This document shows positions 56,801-64,000 of a stretch of 64,000 nucleotides of DNA, piece by piece. The notes under the pieces were generated by a model. The model made no database searches, was not told where the DNA came from, and saw only the letters and a list, made by a program, of their open reading frames with translations. The stretch is from Polyangiaceae bacterium (lineage in GTDB: Bacteria > Myxococcota_A > Polyangia > Polyangiales > Polyangiaceae). The translations under genes and the position numbers were made by a program. The first letter of the stretch is position 1, and each line of letters starts with the position of its first letter. The DNA lies in the NCBI GenBank assembly GCA_044376115.1, contig JBILLK010000016.1:64001-128000 (forward strand), given 5' to 3'.

Positions 56801-58376
56801 GCGTGGGGGCGTCGCCCCAGCGGAAATCTCGCCGCACCAAGCGATAGAGCCCGCCCGCGACCCAGGTCTTCCCCAAGGGCGCGCGCTGCCCGAGCCGGTC
56901 CACCAAGTACGAGACTGGGTCTTGCAGTTGATGGTCGACGAGCTGCCCGTCCGAATCGCGGTAACCAACGGCGATACCGCGCACGATGCCGATCGCCGAT
57001 GCGACGCGCTTGGGTAGATCTTCCGAAGCGCCCGCAAGCGCCTCGTGCACGTCGACTGCGAGCGAGGCCGCATCAAACGCCGCGCGCGCAGGGTTGGCGA
57101 GCAGCCCGACGATGCCGATGCTCAGCGTTGGCAACGTGTCTTTGGCGCTGGCTTCAGGCCACATCCAGCGTGCGCCGCGCTTGTAGGCGATGTGATCGAG
57201 CGTCGTGCGCAAGTTTTCGCAGGCGCGTCGAAACGGGATTTCTCCGAGCGATTCGGCCAGTTCCTCGAGCCCTTCGATGCGCAGGGCCAGCACCGCAACA
57301 TGGCGCACCTCGCGCGGTCTGCGGCCGCGAGGTGCTTCGTCGCGGTCGATGATGACGTTGCCTCTTCGCTGGGGTACGGCCGCTAGGGTTTGCTGCGCCG
57401 GATCGGGACCTTGCGGCGGGGAGCTGGGAAGCGCCGAGCTGCGGCCGAGCAACATCGTCACCACGGCCTCGACGCTGGAGGCGTCCACGAGCTCCTGCTT
57501 CGCTAGCAGCGCTCGCCCGATCGCGCCGGCCATGTCGCGAGCGGTTTGGTATCGGTCCTCTTTGGCCCGACTCATCGCGCGCAGGACGATCGCCTCGAGC
57601 TCAGGCGGGAGGTCTGGGCAGTGGGCGCTCGGCGGCGAGAACTTACCCTCCTTGACCGCCTCCAAGAGCTCGTCATCCGGGGGCTTTTGTGGAGGGTCGC
57701 CCGGGAGAGCGTAGGGAGATCGCAGGGTCAGCGTCTCATACAGCACCACGCCCAAGCCGTAGATGTCGCTGCGTCGATCGACGCGTTCCCCACGCGCTTG
57801 TTCGGGGGACATGTAGCCGAATTTGCCTTTGAGCGTGCCTGGCTCTTCACGGAACAGGTTGGCGCTGGCGATGCCGAAGTCGGCGATCTTCACTGCGCCT
57901 TCCGCCGATAGCAGGATGTTCTGCGGCGAGACGTCGCGGTGGACGATGGCGAGCGGCGCACCGCCCTCATCGCGACGTTCGTGCGCGTAGTGAAGCCCTT
58001 TGGCGGCCTCCGAGACGATGTAGGCCGCCGTCCATGGAGCGATCCGCGTGCCCTTCTGGCGCGCTGTCGTCATCAAGCGACCGAGGTCGTAGCCCTCGAC
58101 GTGCTCCATCGCGAGCAGCAGGCCGTCATCGCCCTGATCGATGAACTCATAGACCTGGACGATGTTCGGGTGATTCAGCCGCGTCGCGAGGTGCGCCTCC
58201 TCGACGAACATGGTGCGAAACCGGCGCGACTTGGAGTGCGCCGGATGAATCCGCTTGAGCACCAACAGCTTGAAGGTGCCTTCGGCGCCTTCTTTCTTCG
58301 CGAGGAAGACCTCCGCCATCCCACCGGCGCCGAGGCGCTTGAGGATCTCGAAGTTCGCGAAGCGCTCGGGAGTCAT
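53892..58376 (-). CDS. Ser/Thr kinase + degenerate adenylate/guanylate-cyclase-like domain + STAND (AAA_16-like) ATPase + TPR
   Basis: LGAGGMAEV, HRDVSPQN, DFG, GKFGYMSPEQ; REVRHVAVLALRIEG...AIGIVRG; LVGRDAE, GEMGIGKT, ILIDGLSWAD, GNPFFL, FRHPLARDVAY; TPRs. Confidence 0.88.
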   Translation of the reverse strand: MTPERFANFEILKRLGAGGMAEVFLAKKEGAEGTFKLLVLKRIHPAHSKSRRFRTMFVEEAHLATRLNHPNIVQVYEFIDQGDDGLLLAMEHVEGYDLGRLMTTARQKGTRIAPWTAAYIVSEAAKGLHYAHERRDEGGAPLAIVHRDVSPQNILLSAEGAVKIADFGIASANLFREEPGTLKGKFGYMSPEQARGERVDRRSDIYGLGVVLYETLTLRSPYALPGDPPQKPPDDELLEAVKEGKFSPPSAHCPDLPPELEAIVLRAMSRAKEDRYQTARDMAGAIGRALLAKQELVDASSVEAVVTMLLGRSSALPSSPPQGPDPAQQTLAAVPQRRGNVIIDRDEAPRGRRPREVRHVAVLALRIEGLEELAESLGEIPFRRACENLRTTLDHIAYKRGARWMWPEASAKDTLPTLSIGIVGLLANPARAAFDAASLAVDVHEALAGASEDLPKRVASAIGIVRGIAVGYRDSDGQLVDHQLQDPVSYLVDRLGQRAPLGKTWVAGGLYRLVRRDFRWGDAPTLELEEAEPRGAPRTMRTYALIRPLTREERAVEMALAPNDLVGRDAEKADLHAAYHRAISPLISEVPKERLSTVPPLTSRPAAPRGRLISRLVIGEMGIGKTALIATFLGELPRDTRILSIECSPIKSEIPMSTLCDLLREATGVGVDHSLDEAAAVFRGLLGQVSLKTVSSERLVFRLAEVATGKQGPGAAEEEGGHYRRDVLLIALRVLLGALALEQPLVILIDGLSWADRASLEVVQELLRREELLPILVLLVTRPDDRVTPFIEGMVRIELRGLSAEEQVRLVEARLGVRDGVSQVCAELLPRVVGNPFFLLEMVDALLERGTLEIVEKDGGKHELRRNERALADQKEALPSTLEQLIGDRIRELPPVEHDVVDWLAVAGGPLLESDLLALTHTKDDEAITRLCARGMCDRRNGVVDFRHPLARDVAYLALDAPNRTRMHRLLGEHLATTPLAQGLSASIVARHLARGEAPQQAALLYLEAASAARNTNQAQLAQRYYLRSLSLLPSQDPLRLQAHESLEAIYRYLGRRRERRTHLSAMRKLARRTGQAKWAALALIRTARLELDEGVLARGLPIAQRAAEIARMAKNATLEVEALIVLSEILRDLGDTSGAIAACDRALEVSDGGRLQPRLRAEVMRTKGVLLRYVGRVEEAVRSYIDALAVFRAVGARRSEARVITSLAFAMFVLERFEDVIALGLESVRIDLSIGGRFQIAKTMSNVGQAYARLGDLSRGLSFLRRAREAHERYADQDSRADTLLCTAGILLEAGDADAAHTLVGDAGALVAVTGSVYDLVHERIIRACLARLSGDSQAAIGFASEARQTAEAQALVSFHIYATAVEAAARVDVGEHHTGVLLARTAFGAVENCGGSEYGLEIRALACDAIRRGSPQSTEDAYKRALAHIRKVAAFIRDPELEAMFLARPIVRRILVEAESFPQAAPNLLSDRPLRPSDSPASNTNNDSRRPP

Positions 58377-61300
58377 CGCGATTGCGTTACTCCACCCCGA
58401 AGCGCGAGCTCTTTGGCTGCGCGGCTCGTCTTGGCGCCAATCGAGGAGAGGCTGGCTCGCCAGGTTTCAACGCGCGTGCCAGCAGGCTTGGGCCAGCCCA
58501 TCTCCGCGTAGCGGTTCAGCAGCATCGGCGTGTGATCCCCGGTGCGGATGGGATCTTTGAAGGCCGCGCGCGCAGCGTCGAGCTCGCGGCCAGCTTCGTG
58601 GAAGCGCCCTTCGTGATAGGCGAGCCACGCCTTGGTCAGATGACGGTGCTGTTTGGGCTCCGACTCGACCAGCGCCACCGCCTCGCAAGCGATCAGATGC
58701 TCGCGGGCGGCCTCTGCGTCTCCGCGGCATAGCCCGATTTGTGCGAGTAGGAGCCTCACCTCGACCTGGCCCCAGGGATCGGCGAGTTTGTCGAACAAGA
58801 ACGCCGCAGCTCGCGCGTGTTCGTCGGCCACATCGATCTGCTCGCTGTCGATCGCGATCATCGTCAAGATGCGTTCGCAGCCTGCCTCGCCGCGCGGGTT
58901 CGCCAAATCGCGGAACGCCTGGCGGGCCGAGAGCGCGACCTCGCGAGCGTCTTGCCACAGCCCCTCGCGGTGATCGGTATGGGCCATGGTCAAGTCGGAT
59001 TGCGCCATGCCCAGCCGGTAACCGATCGACTCGAACTCTTGGCGAGCGGTGAGGATGGTCGGGCGCGTGGAGGCCGCGCCTCCCGCCGCTTGCTCGATGA
59101 AGACCTGCACCACGAGGCTCTGTGCGTAGCCGAGCCGATCCCCGACGCGCATGAAGCGCGCACAAGCGCTGGTGATCACCTGCCGAGCGCGCGCGTGGTC
59201 GCCCATCAGGAAGTCGATCTCGCCCAGCGTTACTTCGCACTGCGCCGCGCCGTGATCATCCCCGAGCTCCTCGAAGATGGCTAGGCCGCGCGAGACCAAG
59301 CGACGTCCAAGCGCCGGAGCGGCCTGATCACTCGCGATATGGCCGAGCAGCCGAAGACAGGTCGCTTCACTGCGTTTGTCACCCAGCTCTTGGAACACCT
59401 GGCGAGCAGCGTCCCCTTCACGCCGTGCGTCTTCGAGTCGCCCGGCGTGCCGCAGCGCCTCTCCGCGCCAAAGATGTTGCACGGCCGAGTTGCGGCCTTC
59501 GAGCCGCCCATCGAGCAGCGCGAGGTCACGGAGTGTCGCCGCCGTCTCGCGAGAGCGGCCCCAGTTCGCCGCGATGAAGCTGTGCAGCAGCTCGGCGGCG
59601 CTATCTACCGCACCGGCGCGGATCAGATTGACTACGCGGTGTCGCACGATGCGACGGGTCTGCGCGGAAGGATGGTGCCCGAGCGCGTCTGCGGCCGCAC
59701 GAAAGATCTGGCCTGCGTCGGGGCGTGAAAAGAGCTGCGTTAGCAGATGTTCCTGCAGCAGCGCGTGCGGCCAGCGAAGCCGCTCGGTGCCGGAGCCTGA
59801 GAGAATTTGCGCTCGCTTGAGCACCGCGATGGCACGCATGCCGTCGATACCGAGCAGCTCGTACTCAGCGCGGAGCACGTCCCTTCGAATATCACCACCG
59901 AGGGCTGCCGCGGCCAAAGCGGCCCGACGGAACTCCTCGGGAACGGCGCCGAGACGCTCTTCCCAAAGGTCCGCCGTGGTGCTGGCGCGGGTCGCTAGTG
60001 AGGCCTTCGGTACGTGATAGAGCCCGTCCCTCATTTCGAGGTGACCGCCCATCGCCCACGCGTGCAGCAGCTGCAGCGCGAACAGCGGGTTGCCTTTGCT
60101 ACGAGCCGCAGCTTCCGCTGCTGCTGCGTCGTCGAGCGGTAGCGTCTCACGCAACAGCGAGTGCGTGCGGTCGGAGTCGAGCGGCAACACTTCCAGCCGC
60201 TCGCCTCCGACGGCGGCCATCATCGCGTCGAGCCGCTCGGCGTTCTGCGGCTCCGCGACCACCGCCTCGGTGCGCACGGTCGCAACCACCAGCACGCTGA
60301 GCTTGTCGCTCTCGAGCAGGAGGCGCGCGATGTTCTCGTAGGTTCCCGGGGGCGCGAGGTGAATATCGTCCATCCACAACAGGATCGGCCGATCGAAGGC
60401 GATACGTTCGAGCGTGCGACGCATCACCAGCCAGCGCAGCTCGGGGTGATCTAGCGCGAAGCGCTTGCCGCTCGGTCCGACCTTTGCGCCAGGCGCAGCC
60501 GGACAAAGCCACTCGGCGGCCGCCGCGACCCAGGTGGTGCCATCGTCGTCCTTGAGGTCGACGCCCCACAGGTTCATCAGCACCTTTTCCACGACATCGC
60601 GTTCGGCTCGCTCGAGCCGATAGTGTTGCGTGATTGCTCCCACCACGCCGTCGAGCGGAGCTGGGATCCTGCGATAACGAGCGCGCAGCGGGATCATCAG
60701 CCCGAGCTCATGCACCTCTTCGCATAGCCACTCGGCGATGCGGCTCTTGCCCACGCCGGCTTCACCGGTGAGCAACGCGAGCGCGCGCGCCCCCTTGTTC
60801 TTGCCGCGATCCGCGAAGGCCGTGGCGACGTTGCGCGTCATCGTCAGCAGCCTTTGGCGCTCGTCTTCACGGGCAACGAACGGGCTCGGCCGCAACGCCA
60901 GCAGCCCAGCCGCAGGCGGTGAGGGCGGCAGCTCGTTTTGGAGGCTCTCCGGCAGGATGCTCAGGTTGCGCGACGAGCGCATCGCCTTCTGCGGCTTGCC
61001 CGAGGTCGGCACCGGAGTGCTGGTAGCCGATGCGGCCTCGCTCGGCTTGAACGCTCGCCAGGCGCGACGCGCGTCGGCGGTCATCATGAAGCGATGCCAA
61101 GGTCGTTTGGCCATCAGTCGTTTGGTGAACGCTCCTACCTCGCGCGGGGCGCCCGGCGGAATGCCCGGTTCCGGCACAGGCGCATTGCGGTGCTGCGCGA
61201 GCAGCTCTTCATTGGTGCCGGTGTACGGCTCGCGGTTCGACAGCAGCGCAAACAGGATGCAGCCCAGCGCGTACAGGTCCGTCGCCGCGCCGATATGCGG

Positions 61301-61936
61301 AGTGGCGTAGCGGATTTGCTCCGGCGCCATCCAGCCTGGGGTGCCAGCGCCGTAACGAACGGTCGGTTCTGCTTCGGTGGAGCCGTCGAGGCGGTGATCG
61401 ATGCGGTCTTGCATCAGCCAGGCGAGGCCGAGATCCAAGACGTACGCGCGACAATCCCCGCCGTCGGGCGGGATGTCGACGAGCACGTTGCTGGGCTTGA
61501 GATCCCCGTGAATGACTCCGCGAGAGTGCGCGTGGGAGAGCCCGCTCAAGATCTGATCGACCGCCGACCAAACGATCGGCCAGGGCAACAGCCCGTCGTG
61601 TTGCGCGAGGTAGATCCACTCATGGAGCGAACGTCCTGGCGCCGCATCCATCACCAAGAATGGCGTCCCGTCAGTGAGCGCGCCGAAGTCGCGAGCACGC
61701 ACGATCGCCGGGTGGCTCAGGCCTGCGAGCGCTCGAGCTTCTTCTTGAAACCACCACTGGTCCTCGGGCCGCGTGGCCTCGCCCGGTCGACCAAAGAGTT
61801 TGAGCGCAACTCGTTCGTCGAGAGCCAAGTCGCGGCAGAGATAGACCATGCCCATCCCGCCACGCCCGAGCTCGCGTCGAACCTGGTAGCGGCCTGCCAA
61901 GACCGTTCCAGGGGGGAAGCCGACGTCCTCAGTCAT
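58373..61936 (-). CDS. Ser/Thr kinase + STAND ATPase + TPR
   Basis: LGRGGMG, VALK, HGDLKPSN, DLG, GTPGWMAPEQ; FVAREDE, GEAGVGKS, LWMDDIH, GNPLFAL, WPHALLQE; TPR_12-like repeats. Confidence 0.9.
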   Translation of the reverse strand: MTEDVGFPPGTVLAGRYQVRRELGRGGMGMVYLCRDLALDERVALKLFGRPGEATRPEDQWWFQEEARALAGLSHPAIVRARDFGALTDGTPFLVMDAAPGRSLHEWIYLAQHDGLLPWPIVWSAVDQILSGLSHAHSRGVIHGDLKPSNVLVDIPPDGGDCRAYVLDLGLAWLMQDRIDHRLDGSTEAEPTVRYGAGTPGWMAPEQIRYATPHIGAATDLYALGCILFALLSNREPYTGTNEELLAQHRNAPVPEPGIPPGAPREVGAFTKRLMAKRPWHRFMMTADARRAWRAFKPSEAASATSTPVPTSGKPQKAMRSSRNLSILPESLQNELPPSPPAAGLLALRPSPFVAREDERQRLLTMTRNVATAFADRGKNKGARALALLTGEAGVGKSRIAEWLCEEVHELGLMIPLRARYRRIPAPLDGVVGAITQHYRLERAERDVVEKVLMNLWGVDLKDDDGTTWVAAAAEWLCPAAPGAKVGPSGKRFALDHPELRWLVMRRTLERIAFDRPILLWMDDIHLAPPGTYENIARLLLESDKLSVLVVATVRTEAVVAEPQNAERLDAMMAAVGGERLEVLPLDSDRTHSLLRETLPLDDAAAAEAAARSKGNPLFALQLLHAWAMGGHLEMRDGLYHVPKASLATRASTTADLWEERLGAVPEEFRRAALAAAALGGDIRRDVLRAEYELLGIDGMRAIAVLKRAQILSGSGTERLRWPHALLQEHLLTQLFSRPDAGQIFRAAADALGHHPSAQTRRIVRHRVVNLIRAGAVDSAAELLHSFIAANWGRSRETAATLRDLALLDGRLEGRNSAVQHLWRGEALRHAGRLEDARREGDAARQVFQELGDKRSEATCLRLLGHIASDQAAPALGRRLVSRGLAIFEELGDDHGAAQCEVTLGEIDFLMGDHARARQVITSACARFMRVGDRLGYAQSLVVQVFIEQAAGGAASTRPTILTARQEFESIGYRLGMAQSDLTMAHTDHREGLWQDAREVALSARQAFRDLANPRGEAGCERILTMIAIDSEQIDVADEHARAAAFLFDKLADPWGQVEVRLLLAQIGLCRGDAEAAREHLIACEAVALVESEPKQHRHLTKAWLAYHEGRFHEAGRELDAARAAFKDPIRTGDHTPMLLNRYAEMGWPKPAGTRVETWRASLSSIGAKTSRAAKELALRGGVTQSR

Positions 61937-62080
61937 GCGTTGCCCGAATATAGAGAACCCGAGACGCTAAGCCAGCCCCGCGTTCGCAAAGTTTGTGTTG
62001 GCGCCCCTTGGCCAAAAAATCAGCTTGAGTTTTGCTTCCCTGGTCCACCGCTGCGCAGAAACTTGGTAGCGTGAGAACCG

Positions 62081-62362
62081 ATGTCTCCCGAGCTGGAAAA
62101 AGCGAGTGCACTTCCGCGTCCGGTGACGCTGCTCGCGTTTGCCGCAGCTCAGGACCTGGTTGGACACGCGCAGGCTGAGTTTGCGCTCGAGCGCGAGGTT
62201 TCGGTCGCCGCGTTTTGGGAGCTGCTAGTGGCAGCCTACCCGGCGCTCTCGCCGCACCGTGGCGGGCTTCGGCTGGCGGTCAACGGCACCTACGCCTTCG
62301 ATCAGGACATGATCGGCTACGGGGATGAAGTGGCTCTGATCCCACCGGTATCTGGCGGCTAA
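62081..62362 (+). CDS. moaD: Molybdopterin synthase sulfur carrier MoaD/ThiS family
   Basis: LAVNG...GDEVALIPPVSGG, adjacent to moaA. Confidence 0.9.
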   Translation: MSPELEKASALPRPVTLLAFAAAQDLVGHAQAEFALEREVSVAAFWELLVAAYPALSPHRGGLRLAVNGTYAFDQDMIGYGDEVALIPPVSGG

Positions 62363-62364
62363 CC

Positions 62365-63417
62365 ATGGCTCCTTCGCTGCATGTTGATGGTCCGTCGCGG
62401 CCAACGCCAAGGCGCTCGCTGCGGGTTTTGAATGTGGAAGCTCCTGTTGCGACGGAGCTTGTCACCCGCCCGGATCCCCGGAGCGTGCGCATTTCGGTAA
62501 CCGATCGTTGCGACATGGCCTGCACCTATTGCCGGCCGTCACGTAAAGACGGTTACGCCTCGTCACGGCTCTCGCTGCAGGAGTGGGAACGTGTCGTTGA
62601 CGGCTTGATCGAGGCGGGCGTGGAGCGCTTTCGCCTCACCGGTGGGGAGCCACTCCTATGGGGTGGCGTCGTGGATTTGGTGCGGATCATCTCCTCGCGA
62701 GGAGTGAAAGATCTCGCGCTCACCACCAACGCCAGCCGGCTCGCCAAGTTGGCCCAGCCGCTGCGTGACGCCGGTCTCATGCGGCTGAATGTGTCGCTTG
62801 ATTCGCTGCGCGAAGACCGCTTCCGTGCGCTGACCCGGGGTGGCGAGCTCGCTGAAGTGCTCGAGGGCTTGTTCGCTGCCAAGCGAGCCGGCTTTGCGCC
62901 TATCAAGTTAAACACGGTGGTGTTGCGCGGTACCAACGATGACGAGCTGCGCGAGCTCACCGAGTTCGCGTGGCAGCACGGTTTTGTGCCGCGGTTTCTC
63001 GAGGTGATGAAAATCGCGGAGGGTGCAGCGTTGCTCGCGTCCGCCCCCGATACGCTGGTTTCGGCTCGTGAGATTCGTGATCGATTGGCGGAGCTGCTGG
63101 TGGAGGGCCCGGCCTCACGTGAAGCGGAACGCGGTCCTGCCAAGTACGTTGCCGCTCGCACGGGCGGGCACGTTGTTGGCTTCATCTCCGGTACCAGCGA
63201 CACGTATTGCGGCGATTGTGATCGACTGCGCGTTTCTTCCGAGGGCGTGCTGCGTCCTTGTTTGGCGACCGAGGACGGCGTTGCAACGCGCGGAAGCACG
63301 GATCCGGTTGCGTCGTTGGTGCGTGAAGCATGGCGGTCGAAGCCAGATGGTAAGACGTTCAAAGGCTGCACCGAGCCGTCGGCTGCCGCCATCAGTATGC
63401 GTGCTATCGGAGGTTGA
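62365..63417 (+). CDS. moaA: GTP 3',8-cyclase MoaA
   Basis: RISVTDRCDMACTYC, RLTGGEPL, NVSLDSL, KLNTV, CGDCDRLR...C, C-terminal MRAIGG. Confidence 0.95.
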   Translation: MAPSLHVDGPSRPTPRRSLRVLNVEAPVATELVTRPDPRSVRISVTDRCDMACTYCRPSRKDGYASSRLSLQEWERVVDGLIEAGVERFRLTGGEPLLWGGVVDLVRIISSRGVKDLALTTNASRLAKLAQPLRDAGLMRLNVSLDSLREDRFRALTRGGELAEVLEGLFAAKRAGFAPIKLNTVVLRGTNDDELRELTEFAWQHGFVPRFLEVMKIAEGAALLASAPDTLVSAREIRDRLAELLVEGPASREAERGPAKYVAARTGGHVVGFISGTSDTYCGDCDRLRVSSEGVLRPCLATEDGVATRGSTDPVASLVREAWRSKPDGKTFKGCTEPSAAAISMRAIGG

Positions 63418-63423
63418 CGATTC

Positions 63424-64000
63424 GTGAAGGAAGCCGTTTACCCGTTCGAGGACACCGGCGAGAACTTGTCGCTGTTGCCGTTGGCGGCTCGTCGAGCCCT
63501 TGATGTCGCTGGCTTTCGGCTTTCGCTCGAGGGCTACCAGAGCCTCAGCTTGGAGGATCGTCTCGAGCTGACGATCGCTGGTACGCGTGACAAGGTCGAC
63601 GTGAAGCTGGTCGAGCAGCTCGTGCGGCTGAGCCTTTCGCCAGCGACCCGCATCAAACCCACCGCCGATCCCGACCCCGATACACCACCGGAACAGCTGA
63701 GCGCTGAAAGCATCCGCGGTCGCCTGCTCGACCCGTTCGATTGGCGCCGTTTGCGCGCAGTTGATCGTTATGCGCTGGTGCACATCATGAGGCGCTCGAT
63801 CGCCCGTGAAGATCCTGAACGGCTCGAGGTTGCGCTGGCCACCATCCTCGGTGAATCACGGCCGCCCAAGCCGGCGAGTTTGGCCCCGCAAGCGAAGGCG
63901 CAGGCGAAGCCGGTTTCGAGCCGTCCTCCGGCCCCCGTTCGTGCGAGTGAGAAGCCCGGGGTTTCGGCGCCGCCCGCAAAGAGCGTAGAGACCTCGGCGC
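63424..64000 (+). CDS. Partial CDS with nitrate-reductase-associated-like N-terminal domain followed by a Pro-rich linker (runs off the window)
   Basis: Hand translation from GTG 63424: MKEAVYPFED...LSLLPLAARRALDVAGFRLSLEGYQSL..EDR..L...W..L..VDRYALV, open to the window end. Confidence 0.7.
   Translation, partial: MKEAVYPFEDTGENLSLLPLAARRALDVAGFRLSLEGYQSLSLEDRLELTIAGTRDKVDVKLVEQLVRLSLSPATRIKPTADPDPDTPPEQLSAESIRGRLLDPFDWRRLRAVDRYALVHIMRRSIAREDPERLEVALATILGESRPPKPASLAPQAKAQAKPVSSRPPAPVRASEKPGVSAPPAKSVETSA

Noticed and set aside
61937..62080. Possible Moco riboswitch upstream of moaD-moaA
   Set aside because: No recognisable multi-stem structure by eye, and the -10 box sits 8 nt from the ATG, leaving no leader. 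An Infernal scan would settle it.

Overview
High-GC, gene-dense window with a strongly myxobacterial (Polyangiales/Sorangium-like) gene complement: many Cys-rich lipoproteins, eukaryote-like Ser/Thr kinases, a giant TPR-like protein and a zinc-ribbon/GYF protein. The taxonomy is inferred, not proven. Recognisable housekeeping or metabolic genes are argJ, mfd, moaD, moaA, sppA and an AcoR-type sigma54 activator with an aldehyde dehydrogenase and a DUF779 gene. I found no rRNA, tRNA, CRISPR array or transposase. Most interesting observations: (1) an intergenic sigma54 -24/-12 promoter placed exactly to transcribe a ~52-nt single-hairpin RNA with a C8 loop and U8 tail (35607-35684), a candidate unannotated sRNA; (2) a domain-shuffled trio of paralogous envelope proteins (1-3519) sharing a 6-Cys domain with a MACPF-signature-like motif and a second helical module, downstream of a TlpA thioredoxin; (3) a translationally coupled operon of two kinase-STAND-TPR proteins plus a patatin phospholipase (52675-61936), an NLR-like sensor/effector layout; (4) a window-wide pattern of -10 boxes 6-8 nt upstream of start codons lacking a Shine-Dalgarno, suggesting leaderless mRNAs; (5) a DUF779 gene that appears to need a CTG start overlapping the aldB stop; (6) a perfect 36-bp palindromic operator over the ArsR start. 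All family calls come from motif recognition by eye; no database searches were run.
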